DNA from: an uncultured Verrucomicrobiae bacterium
Lineage (GTDB): Bacteria; Verrucomicrobiota; Verrucomicrobiia; Chthoniobacterales; UBA10450
Assembly: GCA_963735805.1 (NCBI GenBank)
Contig: CAVTMK010000002.1
Span: 1,653,875-1,717,874, forward strand
DNA: 64,000 nt
Direction of reading: 5' to 3'
Positions 30,130-38,529 of the stretch are shown here, piece after piece. Within the stretch, counting starts at the first letter, position 1. Every line of letters begins with the position of its first letter. A program made the translations under genes and the position numbers. The notes beneath the pieces are model-generated. The model worked only from the letters and a program-made list of their open reading frames with translations. It searched no databases and had not been told where the DNA came from.

Positions 30130-30441
30130 GTTAGCTCGCCACCCGTGGATTAGCCCACCAATAATCAGACCGCCGATTCCGCCGAGGATAAGAATGGGAA
30201 CGTACTTGTGTGTGATAAGAGCGTCAGGAAGGCTGATGAGCAGACCAAACAACAGGCCAACAAGCCAGCCTGGCCAGCCCGGTAGCTGGACACAACCAAT
30301 GACGAATCCAATAGCGAAGCGACTCGCAAATGCTCCGAGCAAGGCTGCATTCTTGTCGGGAAAAGACATCGGCAGCATAAGGGCGACATCCAGCGCTCCG
30401 AATAATATCCCAGCGATCAAACCTAGAATGACTTTCGACAT
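30124..30441 (-). CDS. Small 4-TM membrane protein (cassette)
   Basis: Hydrophobic, 105 aa; flanked by attC sites. Confidence 0.8.
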   Translation of the reverse strand: MSKVILGLIAGILFGALDVALMLPMSFPDKNAALLGAFASRFAIGFVIGCVQLPGWPGWLVGLLFGLLISLPDALITHKYVPILILGGIGGLIIGGLIHGWRANV

Positions 30442-30478
30442 GTGGCATTCTCTAGCGGAAACAGTGAACGCTCACAAG

Positions 30479-30573
30479 GTCTAACGAAAAAGAGATAAGC
30501 GATGGCAGACTGTCGTGGTAAAGTTGCTCGCAATTATGGAATCAGGGGCGTTGGTTTCATCGATCGGTTAGAT
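30479..30573 (-). repeat. attC site (canonical cores)
   Basis: Minus strand ATCTAAC-cgatcgATGAA...CTTAT-ctctttttc-GTTAGAC. Confidence 0.85.
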
Positions 30574-30595
30574 GGCCAGCGCGCGTCGGGGCTAG

Positions 30596-31147
30596 CTACC
30601 TGATTTTCGTAACCTTGCCTTCTGCGATCACCGTCCATGGCCCATCGTGTTTCGACGCCTCGGCCTTGTACGTGTATAATGTCGGCGACACCTGCATTTC
30701 GGTATACCTGAGTTGGATGGGCCTCCCTTCTCCATCGCTATCCAAGTCTTTTACGAAGGTGCGTTTGTTTCCGACGATGGAACCACCTGTGCTATATTCG
30801 CTCTCGCCAAGGCTGCTGATACCATACTCGGTGTAGGCCTTCGCCTTCTCATCGTAGGCCAGGATGTTTAGGAACGTTCGCTTCCCAGTGGGCCCGCTCT
30901 CCTCGCCCCGACACACCAGATGAAAACCTCCGGCGAACCAATCGCAGGTCACCGTGCTCGAAAGCTTGCCCGCAGGCCCGAACGGGCCGCCCTTCGTCTC
31001 CCCCTCACCTCTCCAAGTGCCGAGGTAGTAGGCTAACCTCTGAACCTCCGGCGGCGTAGTTGCAATTGGTGAGGCCGTCGGCGCTTGCGCAAACGAGCTT
31101 AGTGAAAGCGCGAGGGAACAAATGCAGGCAATAATTACTCTATTCAT
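30596..31147 (-). CDS. Secreted DUF1579-like beta-barrel protein (cassette)
   Basis: Signal peptide MNRVII...FAQA; L..Y.GTW.GEG; C.W..GG..L; YD. Confidence 0.75.
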   Translation of the reverse strand: MNRVIIACICSLALSLSSFAQAPTASPIATTPPEVQRLAYYLGTWRGEGETKGGPFGPAGKLSSTVTCDWFAGGFHLVCRGEESGPTGKRTFLNILAYDEKAKAYTEYGISSLGESEYSTGGSIVGNKRTFVKDLDSDGEGRPIQLRYTEMQVSPTLYTYKAEASKHDGPWTVIAEGKVTKIR

Positions 31148-31234
31148 ATGGGTAGTCGATCGTGGGATGCGCTCAACGCTCCATTTGGATTCAACTATTT
31201 CAAGCCAGCAACCGTAAGTTAACGGGTTTTTAGC

Positions 31235-31358
31235 ATCTAACGAGAACAAGATGAGCGACGGCGGACGAGACCGGGCAGCGCTCGGAGTGGAAGTGTGGAA
31301 GTCATCTCAAAAGTGGAGCCTACAGCGGTCCGCCGTTCGCTCCATCGCATGGCTAGAC
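31235..31358 (-). repeat. attC site
   Basis: Minus strand GTCTAGC-catgcgATGGAGCGAacggcgg...ccgccgTCGCTCAT-cttgttctc-GTTAGAT. Confidence 0.85.
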
Positions 31359-31766
31359 AGTTTTGGTGACAATGGTCGACAACATAGTAGCGATGACCTC
31401 CTCATCCGATTCCCGGATGGCGTGCACCTCGGCAGTGCAGAACGAAAGTCTCCTACCGCCTCGCAGCACTGATCCCAGAGCCAAGAATCGCTCTCCGCGC
31501 GCCGGTGCGAGCAAGCTGATCTTGAACTCAACAGTAAGGACCTCCGCGCCGCTGGGTGCGAGCGTCATGGCTGCGTAGCCGCAGGCACTGTCTGCAATAC
31601 TGCTGATCACACCTGCATGGACATAGCCGTGCTGCTGCGTGAGTGCGGGCGCGAATGGCACGGCAATGTGAACGCGGCCCGGCTCGACAAGCTCGAGAGA
31701 CGCTCCGAGCGTCTTCATGAAGGCTTGTCGTGTGAAACTACTTCGAATCTCGTCTGGAGTAGCCAA
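31353..31766 (-). CDS. PaaI family thioesterase (first cassette)
   Basis: TQQHGYVHAG...DSACGYAA; LTVEFKI.LL.PA.G. Confidence 0.9.
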   Translation of the reverse strand: MATPDEIRSSFTRQAFMKTLGASLELVEPGRVHIAVPFAPALTQQHGYVHAGVISSIADSACGYAAMTLAPSGAEVLTVEFKISLLAPARGERFLALGSVLRGGRRLSFCTAEVHAIRESDEEVIATMLSTIVTKTV

Positions 31767-31777
31767 AGCGCGTTACC

Positions 31778-31795
31778 ATCTAACGACAATTAGAC
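31778..31795 (-). other. attI-like simple site
   Basis: Minus strand GTCTAAT-tgtc-GTTAGAT, 11 bp before the first cassette start; no attC palindrome upstream. Confidence 0.55.
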
Positions 31796-31944
31796 TGCAT
31801 CTTGCAATCTATTTTCTGGTTTTCCAAAGGACAACACACAAAAGGCCGCATGGCGAGAATGGTGCCAAATCATTTAGCATTTAGAAGCGCAATGATCTGC
31901 GGGCGACCCTCTCAAGTTCCAAAATGCGGTCAGCTTCTTCTCTC

Positions 31945-32199
31945 TCACGTTTCCTCGGTGAACATTCCCATTGTATCTCTAATCTCATCCCAATGGCCGA
32001 GCATGTTGTTGAGAGTTGAATGGACAAGTCTTTGTTTAGTTCCGTCTTCTTCCGTAGAAAGTTCCTTTAACCCCGTGACGACAATAGGAAATCGATCGTT
32101 CTGGGTTAGTTTTAAGCCATACGCCTTGTTCTTTCCGTAACCGTATTCGGTGGTGTCGCCGACATACACTGCAGTAATAATATTAACTGTCTTTGTCAT
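31945..32199 (-). CDS. Hypothetical protein or fragment, low GC
   Basis: 84-aa ORF with no recognised motif. Confidence 0.35.
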   Translation of the reverse strand: MTKTVNIITAVYVGDTTEYGYGKNKAYGLKLTQNDRFPIVVTGLKELSTEEDGTKQRLVHSTLNNMLGHWDEIRDTMGMFTEET

Positions 32200-32210
32200 T
32201 GCCTTTTGCC

Positions 32211-32319
32211 TTATGAATTGTTGACCACTTGCGGCGCAGGTTTGCTCGCTTCAAGTCCGCCGCGGGACGGACTCGCTGTAGCAAGCTGCGCATTCATGTT
32301 CTGAAAACGCGGCGTTCAT
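32211..32319 (-). pseudogene. Internally deleted peptidase-S74 'tail fibre' gene
   Basis: Upstream region and ATGAAC start match 48951-49006; joined to the C-terminus NAQLATASPSRGGLEASKPAPQVVNNS* (compare VSAHVGLSKSAPQTVLNTR). Confidence 0.65.
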
Positions 32320-32413
32320 AAAAAAGGTCGTAAGAAATCCTGTGCGATTTGGCGAGACAAACGCGCGTTGGTCACTTGACACAGTCCCTGTTGAGCGCCT
32401 TAAGTCATGCTGG

Positions 32414-33568
32414 ATGAAACTCACTCAGGTCCGATACTTTTCGCATACGCTGATAATTGTTATCTGCTGCTGCAGTTCGATCGCATTGGCGGTGAGTGCA
32501 GCGGGCGCGCGTTTTAGTTTTCCGGATTGGATTGAGCTTTCGCCAAACAATCCTCCACCGGCGCGTTCATACCTTGCAATGACCTACGATCCGGTCAGCG
32601 GGAAGATCTTTGCGTTTGGCGGATTCGACGGCACAGGCTATCTAAATGACACATGGAGTTTCGACGGCACGAATTGGACGCGGATCGCCACACAGTCTGC
32701 GCCCCCAGCCCGCTCTGCCGCCCAAATGACCTACGATTCTGTCTCTCAAAAGGTAGTGCTCTTTGGCGGGTTCGACGGAACCAATTACCTGGGCGATACA
32801 TGGCTTTGGGATGGGTCAACGTTACAATGGACTGAGGCGACACCCAATCATCACCCGTCGGCTGTCACCGGTCCAATGTTGTTTCCCGATCCGAATGGCA
32901 AGGCCGACCTTTTTGGCGGGTTCGACGGCCAATTCTACCAGCTTACCATGTGGCAATGGACCGGCTCCGATTGGACGGAGTTATCGCCATCGACTGTTCC
33001 GTTCGCTCGGGCTTCAGCAGCCGTTGCAACAAATACGTCCACGGGACAAGTTGTTATGTTTGGCGGTCTCGCTGATGTTAACCCGAATAACACTTGGACT
33101 TATGATGGCACGACATGGACTCTCCAATCTCCGGCTGTGCAACCTCTTCTAGTGTATGCCGCTTCTGCCGCTTTCGATCCCAAACAGCAAGGAGTAATTC
33201 TCTTTGGAGGTGGAAGCGGCGGTGTGGACCAGAACACGACATGGTTATGGGATCAGGTCGGCGCCACGTGGACACTCCTGTCTACGCCCCAATCGCCGCC
33301 CGCGCGCGAAGGCGCTGGCATGGCTTACGACGCGGCTTTACAGCGTCTGGTTCTCTTCGGCGGTCAGGATAACAACGGATATTTGAACGATACCTGGGAA
33401 CTCATTCCAACAGCGACGCCGACTCCGACTCCCACTCCTACTTCTACACCCACCGCTACACCTACACCGACTTCTACGCCCACCCCTACTCCATCAGCTA
33501 CTCCCACGCCCAGAGTGACACCCAGGACTCGCCCCACGCCGCATCCTCGCCCGACGCCCCCACAGTGA
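32414..33568 (+). CDS. Secreted Kelch-repeat beta-propeller with a Pro/Thr tail
   Basis: Six repeats of P.AR....YD....LFGG....DTW.WDG..W; ends TPRTRPTPHPRPTPPQ. Confidence 0.88.
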   Translation: MKLTQVRYFSHTLIIVICCCSSIALAVSAAGARFSFPDWIELSPNNPPPARSYLAMTYDPVSGKIFAFGGFDGTGYLNDTWSFDGTNWTRIATQSAPPARSAAQMTYDSVSQKVVLFGGFDGTNYLGDTWLWDGSTLQWTEATPNHHPSAVTGPMLFPDPNGKADLFGGFDGQFYQLTMWQWTGSDWTELSPSTVPFARASAAVATNTSTGQVVMFGGLADVNPNNTWTYDGTTWTLQSPAVQPLLVYAASAAFDPKQQGVILFGGGSGGVDQNTTWLWDQVGATWTLLSTPQSPPAREGAGMAYDAALQRLVLFGGQDNNGYLNDTWELIPTATPTPTPTPTSTPTATPTPTSTPTPTPSATPTPRVTPRTRPTPHPRPTPPQ

Positions 33569-33571
33569 CGG

Positions 33572-33668
33572 AAACGCGGCGGATTGTGCTTCTTCTTCAC
33601 ACAGCAACGGTGACGTGATATCAACAAACGCGAATGAAGCGGGCTTTAATCGCTCGACTGGCGTTTTT
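33572..33668 (+). repeat. EEP promoter/5' stub A
   Basis: cacacagcaacggtgacgTGATATCAAC...ATGAAGCGGGCTTTAATCGCT. Confidence 0.7.
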
Positions 33669-33741
33669 TAAGCGTACCGGCCTCGACTGAGAGAACGGTC
33701 CTGAAATCCTTTCCGGGAACAACCCAGAGTAAGTTCGCGAC

Positions 33742-34092
33742 TTACTCAATCTCCGCAGTGATCTTACCGTGGACGTCCTTCAAGGTGACTGTGTCGACGC
33801 CTGCCAGGTCTACCTTGTTAAAAGTTACCGAGAGTCCCTCGTCGTCCACCAGGTTGAAATCCCAAAATTCCGATTTCGCGTCATTCTTGAAGCGCACCTG
33901 AATCTTTCCCCCGGCAGCGAGCACTTTTCCGTCGAGAAGGAGGTTTGCGTCCCAATCCTTGTTGTCGGCAGCCGTAATATAGAGACCTTCAAAGCTTCGC
34001 CCGGTCTGGTTCACCAAGGTAAAGTCGAGGTCGGCCGCGAATACGTTTACGACGCTTACGAGGAGGATGAACAGAAAGAAACGGAATTTCAT
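33742..34092 (-). CDS. Small secreted beta-sandwich protein
   Basis: Signal peptide; DFTLVNQTG...LY.....DW...L...L..G. Confidence 0.75.
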   Translation of the reverse strand: MKFRFFLFILLVSVVNVFAADLDFTLVNQTGRSFEGLYITAADNKDWDANLLLDGKVLAAGGKIQVRFKNDAKSEFWDFNLVDDEGLSVTFNKVDLAGVDTVTLKDVHGKITAEIE

Positions 34093-34101
34093 GAGCGAAC
34101 T

Positions 34102-34407
34102 CTATTTTTTCTTTTTCTTTTGAGAGGTAGTCTTTTTGTAAACAGTGCGACCATATTGGTCCTTCACCTTTGTAGTCTTGAACACCTTGTTGCCTTTTCT
34201 TTTCTTGCTTGTGTATTCGTAATAGCGCGGTTGGCGGTAGACTTTAGGCTGGTTGAAATAGGGGTCGAAGTCGCCTGGATAGGGCCGGTCCTCCACATAC
34301 ACGACGAATCCATTCGAGAAGATCCCGGAATGGCTTATTTTGGGACAGCCCAAGAACAGGAAAGCCATGATTAAGATCCGTGAGATAGAGCGAAAAGTCA
34401 CGCGCAT
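34102..34407 (-). CDS. Hypothetical basic exported protein
   Basis: Hydrophobic N-terminus, Lys-rich C-terminus; directly upstream of 33742-34092. Confidence 0.55.
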   Translation of the reverse strand: MRVTFRSISRILIMAFLFLGCPKISHSGIFSNGFVVYVEDRPYPGDFDPYFNQPKVYRQPRYYEYTSKKRKGNKVFKTTKVKDQYGRTVYKKTTSQKKKKK

Positions 34408-34623
34408 GGTCTAGCAGGAGCCGTGGGCCGGGTCAATCGAAATCGGGTCTGCTAAACAACAGACCATTTGGAATGCAACTTCGCGATAAACCGGGCAGGT
34501 GTCGGGACGCATGCGCGGCCGAACTAATCGACGCGATCGCGAACTACGCAACACACGCCAGCCGGGGGCCTGCAGGCCCGGATCGTCAAACAGCGCCTCC
34601 CTGCAGGCCCCTCGATGCTCAAC

Positions 34624-35646
34624 TCACCGCGCCGGCACCGCAGCTCCCCACGCCGACGGCGACAGGTCGAGTGGAGTAGCCAGCGACGGGGAAACGTTCG
34701 TTTTCATTTCTGGTCCCGCCGGAGTTGTCGGCGGTGTGCCTCTGACGCGAGCCAGGAATCCGTGGGCAATGCCGGCAGCATCGGCGTAACGGCCAACTAT
34801 AATCCCTTGCGAACTAATTCCATTAAGCGATGTAAAGGTTGACCCGGGGAAATCGAAGGTGAAGAAGTTGTTTGGCGGGACAAAGAAGAGTCCATGAGTC
34901 GCGCCCGCGCTGTCCGCATATCTGCCCACCACCCAGTCCTTATTGTTAAGTCCAAACAGGACTGTCGCAACGGAGCCCGGAGGATCGATCGGGAAGTGCA
35001 GCGCCCCATTGGCGTCCCGGTAATAGCCGTGAAGGGTTCCTGCGCCATCTATATAATATCCCACAACCAGCTTTTTTGAGTTATTGATCTCGTAAGCAAA
35101 GGTGCCTCCGGCAGCACCCGGGACGCTAAACGACGTTATAGCTCCGCGACGGTCGACAAACCCCTGGAAGACACCGCTGCCATCATCAAATCCGCCGGTA
35201 ACATCGCCGGGCTCGTTTATCCCAAGCAGATTGGTCTGGAGCGCGCCGGGAACATCGTATTCTGTGAAGGTGCCGCCCGACCAGAAAAACGAGTGAATTG
35301 TGCCATCGCTGGCGGCATAGTCACCGACTACTGTGCGTGGGTTATTGATGCCTCGTCCTTCGGTAAAACCCACCGTATCGTTAGGATCGACGATCGGGTC
35401 GGTAAAGCTACCATTGCTGAAGCGGACAAAACCGCTCGTCACCCCGGCCGCATCGATGAACTCGCCAACGACGTCGCCTCTTTCGTTAATCTTTTGCGGA
35501 AGGGTCGAAATTCCTGCCCCGGGATAATCAAAAGTGGAAATCACTTCAATCGACCCCGAGTTCCGCGCTTGCTGAGCGAATGCTCCCATTAATGGGAACA
35601 CGAATAGAACTGCCAGAATGCTGCTAAGTATTTGTCTTGGTTTCAT
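34624..35646 (-). CDS. Secreted repeat beta-propeller protein (HAF-like), paralog 1
   Basis: Repeats of F/YD.PG..T...GIN..G.VVG.Y.D..G..HGF; paralog of 58863-59888. Confidence 0.8.
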   Translation of the reverse strand: MKPRQILSSILAVLFVFPLMGAFAQQARNSGSIEVISTFDYPGAGISTLPQKINERGDVVGEFIDAAGVTSGFVRFSNGSFTDPIVDPNDTVGFTEGRGINNPRTVVGDYAASDGTIHSFFWSGGTFTEYDVPGALQTNLLGINEPGDVTGGFDDGSGVFQGFVDRRGAITSFSVPGAAGGTFAYEINNSKKLVVGYYIDGAGTLHGYYRDANGALHFPIDPPGSVATVLFGLNNKDWVVGRYADSAGATHGLFFVPPNNFFTFDFPGSTFTSLNGISSQGIIVGRYADAAGIAHGFLARVRGTPPTTPAGPEMKTNVSPSLATPLDLSPSAWGAAVPAR

Positions 35647-35734
35647 AATGCTTATTACCTCCTTAGTTGAATTTGCCATTGCTAAACTGCCTATGTGGCA
35701 ACAGCGCCAGATCCAGATTGCGAATTTCGATATG

Positions 35735-35756
35735 ACCAGATTACGCGTTATCTGGT
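35735..35756. promoter_or_regulatory. 22-bp palindrome, candidate operator
   Basis: ACCAGATTACGCGTTATCTGGT; partly conserved at 59977-59998 upstream of the paralog. Confidence 0.55.
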
Positions 35757-35809
35757 TTCGCAGACTCGCTTCTGGGTTGCCGTCGCAACCATCGCCGTCA
35801 AAAGGGCGC

Positions 35810-38182
35810 TCAAGGCGAGGTCAAGTTCCAACCGGTTGGAAGTGTTGGACCGAACGCGCTGCTGACAAAAACGTTGTTGTTCAGATACCAGATCGCCGTT
35901 TGATGCGTGCTGTTGTTGTAAAGCAGATAATCCGGCTTCCCGTCACCGTTAAAGTCCGCTGTGGCTACCAATGTCCAGTTACCGGGGACGGTTGGCCCCC
36001 ACGCGCCGCCAATAAGCGTTGTTCCTGATAAATAGGCGACAGCTGTGTAACCTGAAGTGGGATAAAATAGGAGATAATCTGCGTGCCCATCGCTATCAAA
36101 GTCTGCTACCCCCATCACTAACCAGCCGCCCGGCAGCCTTGGGCCGGCGTCGCCGCCAATCAAAACGTTATTGTTTAGATACCAGATCGCCGTTTGACGC
36201 GTGATGGCGTTGTAAAGCACGTAATCCGGATTGTTATCACCATTAAAATCGGCGGCTCCGACTAGTTCCCACCCATTGGGCAGAGTCGGCCCATAAGCGC
36301 CTCCAATTACCGTTGGTCCCGACAAATACCACAGTGCTGTCTGAGCCGTACTGAGAGCAAAGAGTGCATAATCTGAGTGACCATCGATATTGAAATCTCC
36401 CACAGCATTTAATCCCCACCCTGCTGCAAGAATTGGGCCGGCGTCGCCGCCAATCAAAACGTTGTTGTTTAGATACCAGATCGCCGTTTGAGGCGTGTTA
36501 GTATTACGAAGCACGTAGTCTGGATGGCCATCGCTGTTAAAGTCTCCTATTGCAGCTCTAGCCGGAGTTGGAGTAGGCGTAGGCGTGGGCGTAGGCGTAG
36601 CGCCCGACCGAGTAACCGCAGCGAGAATATCGACCCGTCCGTGGCCGTAGGTATTGTTAGGTGTCACCGACCGGCCGTTGTCACAGCCGCCATTTAGAAT
36701 ATGAATGGCCGCATCATTTATGGCTGTTCGAGTGAGGCCGATATTGTCCCGCCACTCAGGCCGGGCTGACCAGAGCAGCGCCACGGCACCAGCGATATGC
36801 GGAGTCGCCATGGATGTGCCTGTCATGGTCGTATACGCATTGTCGGAGGTGTTGACACTCGAACGGACGTCCGTTCCCGGAGCAGTGATATCGGGCTTTA
36901 ACCGGTGACTTCCATCGATAGTAACCGGACCGCGGCTGCTAAAGGAAGCGATGACGTCTGTGCCGGTGTTGAGGGCTCCAACCGTATAAGATGCCTGGTA
37001 AAAAGACGGAGGAGACAGCAACGTAGAACAGCCCGGGCCTTGATTGCCCGCTGCTACTACCATCATGATGCCGGCCGCTTGTTGAGCCTCCACAGCAGCC
37101 CGCAATGTATTAACCGAACAACCTTCCGTGGCCGGACAAGTCCATGAGTTGGTCGTAATATCGGGCGCCAAGGTTGGATCGCCCTGGGCTGGCGTGCCGC
37201 CCACCGGGTAAGGCGCAAGAAAAAATTCCATGCACTCGATATATCTGGCCGGTGTGCCGTTACCCCGGTCCATGTTACGGCAACCGATCCACTTCGCGCC
37301 TGGGGCCATGCCGATTTTGTTGCCCATGACGTCATCGCCAACTGCAGTGCCTATGGTATGGGTCCCATGACCGTTGTCATCGCAAGGCGCCTGCGCATTG
37401 TTACCACAGGGATTGCCAGCGCTATTGTGAATAGAGTCGTGCCAGTTATAATTGTGGTTGGATATTGTTCCGTTCCAGCCGCGATAGTGACGCTTAAGCG
37501 CATTATGCGTCCAGCGAACGCCGGTATCGGCGCTTCCGATCACGAGTCCCTGCCCGGTGAATCCCAGCGCCCAGACTTGAGGTGCGTGGGTATAATTGAT
37601 GTTCGGCGCAATCGCACTCGGAGTCTCCGGCTGTGAAGGCGTCTCAACTGCAGGAATCGGCTGAGGGAGAACATTCTGAATTTGCGGGTTGCCCTCCACG
37701 CGCGCCACATCCGGCCGCGCTGCCAGCGCCTCGGCGATCTCGCGGCTGCCTTTCACTAAAATCGCGTTGACGATGTGGAAAGACCGATATTCAAGACCGC
37801 GTTCACGCAGCCATTGGAGAATTGGTCCTTGCGTTGCCTGGCTCTTGCTCCACAACGCATCGTGCACGTAACGGCTCTTTTCATTCTTTGTCGCCAAAGC
37901 CGCCGCCGGGCCAAGGTCGGCCTGATCAACGAGCACGACCATCAACTCCGCTTGCTGGCCATTCGCCGTATGCTCGATCACCCAGGGCTCAATCTTGTTC
38001 GCCGTGGCACTCGGGCCACCTTCGCCGGTGGCACGCGAGGAGCCGATCGCTCCTAACGTAGCTATGCTAGCACCGACAAGGAATAACGAGCACACCATAC
38101 GCCGCCGTTGCGACAGTATAAATGTGCGGTGTGCTTTTGTCCTCATGCGATCGCCGAGGTATCTCTGAATTCTTCCTTTCAT
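35810..38182 (-). CDS. S8 subtilisin-like serine peptidase (bacillopeptidase F-like) with FG-GAP/VCBS repeats
   Basis: Triad ADTG, HGTHT, GTSMATP; AAGN; PT linker; DFNxDGxxDY repeats. Confidence 0.92.
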   Translation of the reverse strand: MKGRIQRYLGDRMRTKAHRTFILSQRRRMVCSLFLVGASIATLGAIGSSRATGEGGPSATANKIEPWVIEHTANGQQAELMVVLVDQADLGPAAALATKNEKSRYVHDALWSKSQATQGPILQWLRERGLEYRSFHIVNAILVKGSREIAEALAARPDVARVEGNPQIQNVLPQPIPAVETPSQPETPSAIAPNINYTHAPQVWALGFTGQGLVIGSADTGVRWTHNALKRHYRGWNGTISNHNYNWHDSIHNSAGNPCGNNAQAPCDDNGHGTHTIGTAVGDDVMGNKIGMAPGAKWIGCRNMDRGNGTPARYIECMEFFLAPYPVGGTPAQGDPTLAPDITTNSWTCPATEGCSVNTLRAAVEAQQAAGIMMVVAAGNQGPGCSTLLSPPSFYQASYTVGALNTGTDVIASFSSRGPVTIDGSHRLKPDITAPGTDVRSSVNTSDNAYTTMTGTSMATPHIAGAVALLWSARPEWRDNIGLTRTAINDAAIHILNGGCDNGRSVTPNNTYGHGRVDILAAVTRSGATPTPTPTPTPTPARAAIGDFNSDGHPDYVLRNTNTPQTAIWYLNNNVLIGGDAGPILAAGWGLNAVGDFNIDGHSDYALFALSTAQTALWYLSGPTVIGGAYGPTLPNGWELVGAADFNGDNNPDYVLYNAITRQTAIWYLNNNVLIGGDAGPRLPGGWLVMGVADFDSDGHADYLLFYPTSGYTAVAYLSGTTLIGGAWGPTVPGNWTLVATADFNGDGKPDYLLYNNSTHQTAIWYLNNNVFVSSAFGPTLPTGWNLTSP

Positions 38183-38529
38183 AGCGATGCTTTACCTCTT
38201 CCTTCTTTCGACCGCTGGTTGATTCTCCGGAAGTGCGGGCTCGGAAGGGGCGAAGAACCTAGCGGGGAAAAAGTCTTCCGCCTGAGAGTGGTTCAAATCC
38301 GCTTTAACAGCATCGAGTTTTGAGAAAATCGCGCCCGCTTGTCAAGCCAATTCACCGTGACGATCTGGCCGCTGCGAGGCAAAGAAACGCAACCATTTTG
38401 TCGTTGCCCTGTGGAGAACAAAAGAGCACAATTCATCACGTAAATTACTGGAATACCATCACTGACACTCTCGACAGTCTGATTAAGGCGCGATTATGAA
38501 ATTTACGTAATCTTAGAGGGTACGACGAG

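Larger units (their letters stand above)
29019..31795 (-). mobile_element. Integron cassette array lacking an integrase (CALIN)
   Basis: Four co-oriented short genes, each followed by an attC-type imperfect palindrome; attI-like site at the 5' end; no tyrosine recombinase in the window. Confidence 0.85.

Noticed and set aside
29019..31358. CRISPR array
   Set aside because: Repeats are 95-129 bp imperfect palindromes separated by whole genes, i.e. attC sites; no cas genes.
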